A stretch of 38,316 nucleotides of DNA from an uncultured Rhodospirillaceae bacterium. Lineage in GTDB: Bacteria > Pseudomonadota > Alphaproteobacteria > UBA9219. Below, in pieces: positions 7,787 through 15,646 of the stretch. The stretch spans positions 1 to 38,316 of the forward strand of contig CAYUPD010000001.1 in the NCBI GenBank assembly GCA_964446645.1, written 5' to 3'. A program made the translations under genes and the position numbers. The notes under the pieces were generated by a model. The model worked only from the letters and a program-made list of their open reading frames with translations, made no database searches and was not told the origin of the DNA. How positions within the stretch are numbered: position 1 is the first letter of the stretch; each line of letters begins with the position of its first letter.

Positions 7787-8564
7787 GATTCTCGGCGCGC
7801 AGGGATGAATCAATGCCCGCTTTCTGCAGCAGCGCCTCGCCGCCCAGGGATTTAAGGCTCGAGCGCAGCATCTTTCGCCGTTGGCCGAAGGCTTTGGCCG
7901 TAACCGCCTCCATCGCCCCAAACGACACGTCGTTTGGGCGGGTTCGGCGCGGCGTCAGGCGAACGACGGCTGAATCGACCTTGGGCGGCGGCGTAAAAGC
8001 TTCTGCCGGAACGGCCAGAACTTTTTTCACGTCGCAACAGAACTGCGTAATAACCGACAAACGCCCATAGGCCTTGGTCGAGGGCAGCGCTATCAAACGG
8101 TCCACGACTTCGACCTGAAACATCAAAGTCAGGCTTTCGTAGAAATCGATTTGCCTGAGCCACCCCAAAAGAAGCTCGGTTCCGACGTTGTAGGGCAAGT
8201 TCGAAACAATCGCGCGCGGCGCGGGAGCAAGCGTCGTAAGATCCGCTTTCAACGCGTCGCCGACAACGATTTTGACCTTACCCTCCGAGACTTCGGCAAT
8301 TTCCCGGAGCGCCGGAAGGAAACGCGGGTCTTTTTCGATGGCAAAAACGGCAGCCGCGTCCGAAGAAGCCAGCGCCCGCGTCAGCCCGCCCGGCCCCGGC
8401 CCGACCTCGAAAACCGCGCAGCCCTTAAGATCTCCCGCGAGGCCAGCGATGCGGTTCGTCAGGTTCAGATCGCACAAAAAATGCTGGCCTAACGTTTTTT
8501 TCGCGCGCAAACCGTCGCGCGCGATAATCTCCCGCAAAGAAGGCAAGGAAGCCAAATCGGTCAT
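7737..8564 (-). CDS. rsmA: 16S rRNA (adenine1518/1519-N6)-dimethyltransferase RsmA/KsgA
   Basis: LGQHFLCDLNLTNRIAGLAGDLKGCAVFEVGPGPGGLTRAL and IVSNLPYNVGTELL are the diagnostic KsgA motifs. I preferred the ATG at 8564 (MTDLASLP) over the TTG at 8570. Confidence 0.9.
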   Translation of the reverse strand: MTDLASLPSLREIIARDGLRAKKTLGQHFLCDLNLTNRIAGLAGDLKGCAVFEVGPGPGGLTRALASSDAAAVFAIEKDPRFLPALREIAEVSEGKVKIVVGDALKADLTTLAPAPRAIVSNLPYNVGTELLLGWLRQIDFYESLTLMFQVEVVDRLIALPSTKAYGRLSVITQFCCDVKKVLAVPAEAFTPPPKVDSAVVRLTPRRTRPNDVSFGAMEAVTAKAFGQRRKMLRSSLKSLGGEALLQKAGIDSSLRAENLTLAQFETLARLAARL

Positions 8565-8617
8565 AGCCAAGGTCTTTCGTATCGTGTAAATTCAGGCTTA
8601 ACGTTTCCTTTCGTACC

Positions 8618-9160
8618 ATGCTTTTGCAAGAAAAACATTCGTTGCTTTTCAAGGCATCGATCGCTCCCGTCGCCCTTGTCATTCTGGGCGCTTTTGCCTT
8701 TTCCGTTGCGGCTATCCTTGAAAATGTGCGCTTTGCCAATGCAACGGGCCAAATTCTCGGTTTTGTCGGCAAAGTCCGCTCGTTCGCCAACGAACAGAAA
8801 ACGTTCTCCCCTGCCGTCGGCGAAGATGTTTGGGACGCTATGGTCCGCGTTCAGCAAATCTCGTCCGCGACGCCACGCACGAATCCTTGGGACGGAACGA
8901 TCCGCGCCGCCGTCACCGCCAACGCGGAGATGGGCGTCGAAAGCGATCTCCCGGCGCGGGATTGCCGCCGCATGGCTTTGTATTTTTTGGGGCTTAGCCC
9001 CGCCGAGCTCGGCCTTCTTTCGATTGCCGCCCATCCGGATTCGTCCGCAGCATGGTCGGTTATTTATCCGCCCCAAAACAACAATCAAATCGTCGCGGTC
9101 AACGCGGCTTGCGGCCTGTCGGGAACGTCGCGCCTCGCCCTTGTTTTCAAGATTAAATAA
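8618..9160 (+). CDS. Membrane-anchored hypothetical protein with a pilin-like layout, 180 aa
   Basis: ATG start with host-like codon usage. A single N-terminal hydrophobic helix (IAPVALVILGAFAFSVAAIL) is followed by an amphipathic segment. The C-terminal domain has two Cys residues (DLPARDCRRMALYF ... NAACGLSG). There is no obvious SD and no G/xxxxE prepilin motif. Confidence 0.6.
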   Translation: MLLQEKHSLLFKASIAPVALVILGAFAFSVAAILENVRFANATGQILGFVGKVRSFANEQKTFSPAVGEDVWDAMVRVQQISSATPRTNPWDGTIRAAVTANAEMGVESDLPARDCRRMALYFLGLSPAELGLLSIAAHPDSSAAWSVIYPPQNNNQIVAVNAACGLSGTSRLALVFKIK

Positions 9161-9162
9161 TT

Positions 9163-11235
9163 TTAGTTCCGGTTGCCCTGTACGTCGTCCAGCGCTTTTA
9201 ATACGGCAGAGGGCGTCAAAAGTTCGGGCAAAACGATCCCCTGTGGCGCGCCGGGACCGAAAACGGCGTTGAAAGGAATGCCGTAGCGGCCATATTTGTG
9301 CAAAAGGTCGCTGATCGCCGGGTCTGGGTTTGTCCAGTTAGCCTGCATCGCAATGACATCGCTGTAGAAGAGACGGCGAACAACGTTTTCGTCCGACAGC
9401 GCGATTTTCTTGTTCGCCACGCAGGTCAGGCACCAATCGGCCGTCACGTCGAGAAAAACCGTTTTTCCCTCGGCAAGGTCGGCGCGCAATGTCGCTTCGT
9501 TATAGGCTATCCACTGGCGATCGGTCGATGCCTCGTAAGGCCGTGTCTTTCCGAAGGCGCCTACCGCCACAGCCGCCGCACAAACAACCACAAGGCCGAT
9601 CGCCGCCAATTTTTTGGGCGATCCGTATTTCTTCAAGGCCAGCAGGATCGTCACGGCCGCCATCATCAGCGCAAAAAAGCCGGCGTTTCTTGGGGTTATC
9701 TGCGCCGCCATCACCCAAACGAGCCATAAAGCCGTAAATCCGAGCGCAAAACCCAAAATGCGCCGCAGCACGATCATCCACGCGCCGGGCTTCGGCAGGC
9801 ACGTCGCGGCGCACGGAAAAAGCGCGACGGCAAGGTAAGGAAGGGCCATGCCCGCGCCCAGCGCCGAGAAAACGGCGAAGATTTCCCGAACGCCGGAGAC
9901 CATGGCGAAACCGACGGCGGTGCCGAGAAACGGCGCGGAGCATGGCGTTGCGAGAAGCGTGGCGAACGCGCCTGTCGCAAAATCCCCGGCGAGCTTCGGG
10001 TGGTAGGGGCTGTCGATTTTATCGGCTAAAAAGCGCGGCAGGGAAACGTCGAACAAGCCCCAAAGATTGGAGGCAAAGAAGGTCAAAAGAATCACAAGGA
10101 ACATCAGAAAGCCGGGCTGCTGGAACTGCACGCCCCACCCGAAGGTCATCTCGAGTCCGCGAAGCGCCGCCATGACTCCACCCAAGACAAGGAACGAAAA
10201 AATAATTCCGGCCGCTGTGACAAGAAAACTTTGCCTTACCAAGGTCTTATCGCCGCCGCCGTGACTTACGACGCTAACGATCTTGAGGGACAGAACGGGA
10301 AGCACGCACGGCATGAGGTTCAAAATAAATCCGCCGAGGAAAGCGAACAAAACGGCGAGGCCGAACGCGACCTTAGGCGGATCGAAAGCAACCGGGGAAG
10401 TTGAGGCTTCGGGAGCAATTGCGCGTATTTCCGTCGCGGCCGCGCCGTTGACGATGGTAAGCGTCAGAGGAAGCCCGGCAAGACGAACGCCCTCCGGCAT
10501 GGTATCGACGGGCCTGACTTTAAGCGTTGCGGCATGCCCTGAAGGATCGGCCGTTACCTCGGGCGCGCCGAAGCCTATATTTTTTTCGCTTTCGACAAAG
10601 ATGTCCGGCTGGACCATCGCCTCGCGCGTCGAAACGGAGAAAGTCAGGCTTTCGCCGTCGCTGACGACGCCTTTAAGCAAAATTCCGGCTTCTTCGGGAG
10701 ATGCCGGAAGTTTTTCGCGCGCCCGATGTAAATCCGCGGCCTCGGCGCTCGGGAGAGATTCGCCCTCGGGAACGGCCAAAGACAAATCGAAATGCTTGGG
10801 CGCGCATATTGACTGGCAAACCAAAATATCCGCCGATACATCGAGAACTAAAGGCTTTCCGGCATGTCGCAACGTTGCGTCGATGGGAAACAGAACGCGC
10901 TCGTTATAGCCGACAGCCTCAAGCCCGTAAAAGACGTACCGGCGCGGCGCGGGATAGAGCAAGGCAGCGGAGTCGAGATTTCCGTCGTCGGTCTGGCTAC
11001 GGCTCCAATCGAGCTGCGGCGGCAGCCCCGCCGAACCGGGGGCGCGCCAATAGGTATGCCACCCGCGCGCTAATTTGATCTCGATGCCCAGAGGAACGGA
11101 ACCGCCGCTTCCTACGGCCGTAACGCCCGAAACGAGGCGCGCCGAGGCAACGTCGTCGCCCTTCCACTCCCCGGCCGCCGCAAAGGCCTGAGCGGAAAAC
11201 GCCAAAAAGAACAATGCCAAAAGCAACCGGAACAT
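9163..11235 (-). CDS. dsbD: DsbD/ScsB-family protein-disulfide reductase (thiol:disulfide interchange protein)
   Basis: Signal peptide MFRLLLALFFLAFSAQAFA. The CcdA-like membrane core has the paired Cys motifs LMPCVLPVLSLKI and TPCSAPFLG. The C-terminal thioredoxin domain carries DWCLTCV. Confidence 0.9.
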   Translation of the reverse strand: MFRLLLALFFLAFSAQAFAAAGEWKGDDVASARLVSGVTAVGSGGSVPLGIEIKLARGWHTYWRAPGSAGLPPQLDWSRSQTDDGNLDSAALLYPAPRRYVFYGLEAVGYNERVLFPIDATLRHAGKPLVLDVSADILVCQSICAPKHFDLSLAVPEGESLPSAEAADLHRAREKLPASPEEAGILLKGVVSDGESLTFSVSTREAMVQPDIFVESEKNIGFGAPEVTADPSGHAATLKVRPVDTMPEGVRLAGLPLTLTIVNGAAATEIRAIAPEASTSPVAFDPPKVAFGLAVLFAFLGGFILNLMPCVLPVLSLKIVSVVSHGGGDKTLVRQSFLVTAAGIIFSFLVLGGVMAALRGLEMTFGWGVQFQQPGFLMFLVILLTFFASNLWGLFDVSLPRFLADKIDSPYHPKLAGDFATGAFATLLATPCSAPFLGTAVGFAMVSGVREIFAVFSALGAGMALPYLAVALFPCAATCLPKPGAWMIVLRRILGFALGFTALWLVWVMAAQITPRNAGFFALMMAAVTILLALKKYGSPKKLAAIGLVVVCAAAVAVGAFGKTRPYEASTDRQWIAYNEATLRADLAEGKTVFLDVTADWCLTCVANKKIALSDENVVRRLFYSDVIAMQANWTNPDPAISDLLHKYGRYGIPFNAVFGPGAPQGIVLPELLTPSAVLKALDDVQGNRN

Positions 11236-11370
11236 GAGCTTTCTCTGGCCAGTTTCGGCAAGCGGAAGAAACCGCTTGCCTTGCGGAGCGCGATCGTGGA
11301 ATTAAACTATCAATGAATCGCGAGTTAGGGGAGAATACGCGAAAAGAGGCAGTCGCAGCAAGACGGTGTT

Positions 11371-11994
11371 ATGAAAGATATCATTTCCAATATCAAAAAC
11401 CTCGGTACGCGCGCCGAAAAGCCCAAATCGGGGGATGCCCCGAACTGGTTGACCGGGCAAATGCTCGTCGCGATGCCGGGAATGGGCGACCCGCGATTTA
11501 TCCATTCCGTCATTTATATCTGCTCGCACGGCCCCAGCGGCGCGATGGGATTGATCGTCAACCGTCTTTTTGGCGACGCGGATTTCCCGATGCTGCTCGA
11601 CCAGCTTAACATCGAAGCGCCGGGGCAAATTCCCGATATTCCGGTGCAATTCGGAGGCCCGGTCGAGATGGGTCGCGGGTTTATTTTACACTCAAGCGAA
11701 TATATGATCGAAGGCACGACGCGGATTGACGACTCAATTTCAGTGACGGCGACTATCGACATCATCAAGGATATCGCGCACGGCAAAGGCCCGGCCCGGG
11801 CGCTGATGATATTGGGCTATGCCGGATGGGCGAGCGGGCAGCTTGAAGAAGAGCTGAAAAACAACGGGTGGCTTACGGTCGGCATGGACGAAGAAATCCT
11901 TTTCGACCGCGCGATGGACACGAAGTGGGAGCGAGCTTTGGCGAAGATAGGCATCAGCCCGGCCATGCTGTCCGAAACGCAAGGAAACGCCTAA
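11371..11994 (+). CDS. yqgE: YqgE/AlgH family protein (UPF0301)
   Basis: LTGQMLVAMPGMGDPRFIHSVIYICSHGPSGAMGLIVNRL and ILGYAGWASGQLEEELKNNGWL are typical of the family. Confidence 0.9.
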   Translation: MKDIISNIKNLGTRAEKPKSGDAPNWLTGQMLVAMPGMGDPRFIHSVIYICSHGPSGAMGLIVNRLFGDADFPMLLDQLNIEAPGQIPDIPVQFGGPVEMGRGFILHSSEYMIEGTTRIDDSISVTATIDIIKDIAHGKGPARALMILGYAGWASGQLEEELKNNGWLTVGMDEEILFDRAMDTKWERALAKIGISPAMLSETQGNA

Positions 11995-12025
11995 ACAAAA
12001 AGCTTTTTTGTTAAACCGGTTTTTT
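11994..12025 (+). terminator. Possible weak terminator after yqgE
   Basis: An A/T-rich inverted repeat aacaaaaa-gct-tttttgtt is followed by aaaccggtttttt. The stem is AT-rich, so this call is tentative. Confidence 0.3.
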
Positions 12026-12108
12026 AGAAAGCTTTATTAAGGGCTTTTTAACCATATTTTTTGTGCTAAGATAGCCCCTCTTCTCCGTTTTTACCTTTTT
12101 GTTCCCTT

Positions 12109-13089
12109 ATGCCTCCGTCTTCGGCCGCAAAATCAACCGCTCCCCTCGCCCAGAGCCTTCGGCGAGCGCTTGCGCTTTTCGGGCGCGAGATCGTCGGCAT
12201 CGCGGAGGACTTCTGGAAAGACGGAAACTGGGAGAAGACTCCCTATCATGAGCCGTTAAACGACGATGCCGTGGTCGAAAAAAGGGTTGAGGCTTTTTCG
12301 GCGGCGCCTAATGCTCCCAAAACGGCGGGAAATTTTTGGCATGCCGCGCCGGGCGAGATTTCCGAGAAGATGTGGGGCGACGGACGCGTGACCCCCGGCG
12401 ACGAGTACGTTACCGAGTTATTGATTAAACCGTTAAGCCTTACCAAAGATATGAGCCTTCTCGATCTTTCGGCAGGGTTGGGATTCCGCATGCGCAAGAC
12501 GTCGCACGAATTCGGTGTCTACATCAACGGGCGCGAACCGGATCCCGAGATTGCCGCGCGAGGCATGACGCTTTCGGTTCACGCCGGAATGGGCAAGCAC
12601 GCGGCTATTACGGCTTACGATCCTCTCAATTTTGTCGAAAACCACAAATACGATTGCGTCGTTGCGCGCGAAACGCTTTACCGGGTCACCGACAAAGCAA
12701 AATTCGTCAAAGCCATTATGGGCTGTTGCAAACCTGAGGTTCAAATTTCCTTTACCGATTATATCGTCAATCCCGAAACCAAGGATCAACCGGCGATTCT
12801 TGCATGGAAGGCGTTTGAGACGGACGCGGCACCTTTGAGCCTTGTCGAGATGGCCGAGCTTTGGGCAAAGTCCGGGATCAATTTGCGGGTTCACGACGAT
12901 CAGACCGAATATTACAAGAAGGAAATCAGGAAGGGCACGCTTCGGCTTCTTCACTTTTTAGACTCCGGAATTAAGCCGGACGCCAACACTAAAAAATCCA
13001 TCGACAAGCGCATTACGACCTGGGCGCATCGTCTGGCGGCGTTTGAGAGCGGGATGCGGTTTTATAGGTTCTACGGCTTAAAACAATAG
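12109..13089 (+). CDS. Class I SAM-dependent methyltransferase-like protein of unknown specificity, 326 aa
   Basis: Motif I-like LLDLSAGLGFRM sits about 120 aa from the N-terminus, followed by an acidic post-I residue (INGREPD) and DCVVARETLYRV (motif II/III-like). The substrate cannot be recognised. Confidence 0.7.
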   Translation: MPPSSAAKSTAPLAQSLRRALALFGREIVGIAEDFWKDGNWEKTPYHEPLNDDAVVEKRVEAFSAAPNAPKTAGNFWHAAPGEISEKMWGDGRVTPGDEYVTELLIKPLSLTKDMSLLDLSAGLGFRMRKTSHEFGVYINGREPDPEIAARGMTLSVHAGMGKHAAITAYDPLNFVENHKYDCVVARETLYRVTDKAKFVKAIMGCCKPEVQISFTDYIVNPETKDQPAILAWKAFETDAAPLSLVEMAELWAKSGINLRVHDDQTEYYKKEIRKGTLRLLHFLDSGIKPDANTKKSIDKRITTWAHRLAAFESGMRFYRFYGLKQ

Positions 13090-13154
13090 CCGTTTGCGCG
13101 CTGCGCCAAAACAGCCTATAGCTAACGCCGCATAAAAGAAGGATTTCGGCATTC

Positions 13155-14834
13155 ATGAAGAATTTGCATAAGCAGCCGCATCGCCCGCCCGACGACGCGC
13201 TGTGGTTTTTGCCGCTTGGCGGCGCGGGCGAAATCGGGATGAACTTCGGCCTTTACGGCACTGCGGGAAAATGGCTTGCCGTCGATTGCGGCGTGACCTT
13301 CGGAGACGAAACGACGCCCGGCATCGACCTTATCACGCCGGACATCTCTTTTATCGCCGAACGCCGCGACGATTTGCTCGGCATCGTCATCACGCACGCG
13401 CACGAAGATCACATCGGCGCGCTTGGTTATCTGTGGCCCCTCCTGCGCTGCCCCATCTACGCGACGAAATTCGCCGCCGAGCTTATCCGCAACAAGCTTG
13501 CCTACGAGGAAATAGAAACGACGGCCAAAGTCATCGAAATTTCTCAAGGGGGCGCTTTCGACATAGGCCCCTTCGGCTGCGAATATATTCCCGTCACGCA
13601 TTCGATCCCCGAAGCCCAGATGCTGGTTCTGCGAACCAAGCACGGCGCGGTTTTGCATACCGGCGACTGGAAATTCGACCCCGACCCCATCGTCGGCCAA
13701 ACGACCGATTTTGAAAAACTCAAAGAGCTTGGCGCGAGTGGGCTTTTGGCGCTTGTCTGCGACTCGACGGGGGCTCAGGTTCCGGGGCATTCAGGAAGCG
13801 AGAGGGACGTCCAGCGCGCGTTCGACCACCTTTTTCCGCAGATCAAAAAGCGCATCGTCGTGACGTGTTTTGCCAGCAACGTCGCGCGGCTAAAGTCGAT
13901 TGCCGAGGCGGCGAAGCGGAGCGGACGGTATATGACGCTTGTGGGGCGCTCTCTCTGGCGCAACGCGGAAGCCGCGAACGTTTGCGGGCATTTTCCGGAA
14001 TTCGACGATCTCTTGAGCGAAAACGAAGCGATGCTGTCGCCGCGAGAAAAGATCGTCATCGTGGCGACGGGGTGTCAGGGAGAGCCCAGAGCCGCCCTGA
14101 CGCGGATCGCGGTCGAAGACCATCCGGAAATTGAATTGGACGCCGGAGACACTGTGATTTTCTCCTCGCGTGAAATTCCGGGCAACGAGAAAGACATCGC
14201 GCGCCTTCAAAACAACCTGATCGCCAAGAATCTGCGGATTTTGACGCCGCACGATGCGCCCGTGCACGTTTCGGGACACGCAGGACAAGAAGAATTGATG
14301 CAGCTTTACGAATGGACGAAGCCGCATTTGTTCCTGCCCGTTCACGGCGAGCCGCGCCATCAGGCCGAGAACGTGCGTCTGGCCGAGCAATGCTCGATCA
14401 AAAGAACCCTCGTTCCCAAGAACGGCCAGATCGTCCGGCTTGGGCCCGGCGTGCATGAAATTGCGGCAGAAGTCGAAGCCGGGCGATGGGGACTGGACGG
14501 CAAGACATTGCGCCGCCTCGACACGGACGTTTCGAAAAGCCGCAAGAAGATGGGGATCAACGGCGCGGCGGTCGTTACGATTGTCATGAATTCCAAGGGA
14601 GCGGTCGTCTCCGACCCCCGGATCACGCTGATCGGCGTTGCGGAAGGCGAGGCCGAAGAGACTCTTCAGGAGAATCTGGCCGCGCTCGTCATGGATACGA
14701 TTGAGGAAATGCCGAAGTCCTCCCGGATCGACGACGCGGCGATCCGCCATGCTGCGATGCTGGCGGTGCGCAGGCACGTGAACGAAATTCACGGCAAGAA
14801 GCCGGTTACGGACGTGCACGTGGTAAGGATTTAG
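13155..14834 (+). CDS. rnj: Ribonuclease J (metallo-beta-lactamase/beta-CASP RNase)
   Basis: LPLGGAGEIGMN and the ITHAHEDHIGAL HxHxDH motif are present. The beta-CASP region (VCDSTGA, HVSGHAGQEEL) and the length of about 560 aa fit the family. Confidence 0.9.
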   Translation: MKNLHKQPHRPPDDALWFLPLGGAGEIGMNFGLYGTAGKWLAVDCGVTFGDETTPGIDLITPDISFIAERRDDLLGIVITHAHEDHIGALGYLWPLLRCPIYATKFAAELIRNKLAYEEIETTAKVIEISQGGAFDIGPFGCEYIPVTHSIPEAQMLVLRTKHGAVLHTGDWKFDPDPIVGQTTDFEKLKELGASGLLALVCDSTGAQVPGHSGSERDVQRAFDHLFPQIKKRIVVTCFASNVARLKSIAEAAKRSGRYMTLVGRSLWRNAEAANVCGHFPEFDDLLSENEAMLSPREKIVIVATGCQGEPRAALTRIAVEDHPEIELDAGDTVIFSSREIPGNEKDIARLQNNLIAKNLRILTPHDAPVHVSGHAGQEELMQLYEWTKPHLFLPVHGEPRHQAENVRLAEQCSIKRTLVPKNGQIVRLGPGVHEIAAEVEAGRWGLDGKTLRRLDTDVSKSRKKMGINGAAVVTIVMNSKGAVVSDPRITLIGVAEGEAEETLQENLAALVMDTIEEMPKSSRIDDAAIRHAAMLAVRRHVNEIHGKKPVTDVHVVRI

Positions 14835-14853
14835 GGTCCGTTCGCAATCAGGC

Positions 14854-14890
14854 AAAAAAACGGGGCGGGGAACCCTCTTTCCCCGCCCCG
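14854..14890 (-). terminator. Rho-independent terminator, best oriented for the minus strand (sciP transcript); may also stop RNase J read-through
   Basis: Stem cggggcgggga (14861-14871) pairs with tccccgccccg (14880-14890). The A7 run at 14854-14860 gives a U-tract only on the minus strand. Confidence 0.6.
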
Positions 14891-15065
14891 ATCTAGCCCC
14901 CCCAACCCGAAGGGTCCTCTAACCAAACGCCCTACGATCGCCCGTCCTCTCTTACCCGGCGCTTGCCCGCCGCCAACCGAACCGAAAGCTTGTTTTCCGA
15001 TTCCGCAGGCGGCGGACTATTGCGACTCCTCGCGGCCCGGCGAGAGTCGCTTTAGGCGCCGGGAA

Positions 15066-15395
15066 TTACTCGGCCGAAGCTCCGGCTTCCGTCACTTGGC
15101 GTTCGCCTGCCGGCCGGTATTCTTGCATGCGCGTCGCGCGAAGTCCGCGGACGCCGTGGGTGTCGAGCAGATTCATCCACGACTGAAACTCTTCTTTCGA
15201 CAGGCTATAGCGGGCGCAAGCGTCGTTAAAGGACAGCAATCCGTTACGGACGGCCGAAACGACTTGGGCTTTGCGGCGCACGACCCAACGCATGGTGTCG
15301 GGAGGCGGCAGATGGCTAAGGTCCTTGTCGCGCGAAATGCGAACGATTTTAACTTGATCGCCGGAAGTCGCGAAGGCGGGCGTTTTCTCACTCAT
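15066..15395 (-). CDS. sciP: SciP/DUF1153-family cell-cycle transcriptional regulator (CtrA inhibitor family)
   Basis: PPPDTMRWVVRRKAQVVSAVRNGLLSFNDACARYSLSKEEFQSWMNLLDTHGVRGLRATRMQEYR matches the small HTH DUF1153/SciP pattern as I remember it. ATG at 15395 with AAGGAG 7 nt upstream. Confidence 0.85.
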   Translation of the reverse strand: MSEKTPAFATSGDQVKIVRISRDKDLSHLPPPDTMRWVVRRKAQVVSAVRNGLLSFNDACARYSLSKEEFQSWMNLLDTHGVRGLRATRMQEYRPAGERQVTEAGASAE

Positions 15396-15610
15396 AATAA
15401 AACTCCTTGAAAAAATATTTTCGAACAAAATTTCTCAATACGAAGGAGAGCATACACCCGAACTTTTAAAATTCGCCTAACCGGTAAGGTTAATTTGCGG
15501 CAACTTCCGTGAAAAATCGTGAAGAAATAGAAGGCGTTCCGCCTTATTAAGGATGAAAATAAGCCCGTATTTACTGTGTTTTTCGCGTATAAGGTAAATA
15601 CATTCCCGGA

Positions 15611-15637
15611 TTAAAAATGCCTAAAAGTTTAGGCATT
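15611..15637 (-). terminator. Rho-independent terminator of mutS
   Basis: Inverted repeat aatgcctaa / ttaggcatt (15616-15637). On the minus strand it is followed by TTTTTAAT, 10 nt after the mutS stop. Confidence 0.6.
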
Positions 15638-15646
15638 ATTTGAGGT

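Noticed and set aside
8676-9272. 198-aa alternative-frame ORF overlapping the pilin-like gene and the dsbD 3' end
   Set aside because: It is an Arg/Pro/Ser-rich shadow frame that crosses a convergent gene boundary. The 8618-9160 frame has a coherent membrane-anchor and domain organisation.
13890-14855. 321-aa minus-strand ORF antisense to RNase J. Similar antisense ORFs occur at 5249-6019, 25972-27012, 36661-37038 and 37129-38124
   Set aside because: They are Arg/Pro-rich shadow frames of confidently identified genes, with no SD sequences or motifs.
15396-15646. Possible CtrA boxes (TTAA-N7-TTAA) upstream of sciP
   Set aside because: Only imperfect versions occur (TTAA-N7-CTAA, TTAA-N7-TAAA, TTAA-N7-AATA) in an AT-rich region where such matches are expected by chance. 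There is no full site.
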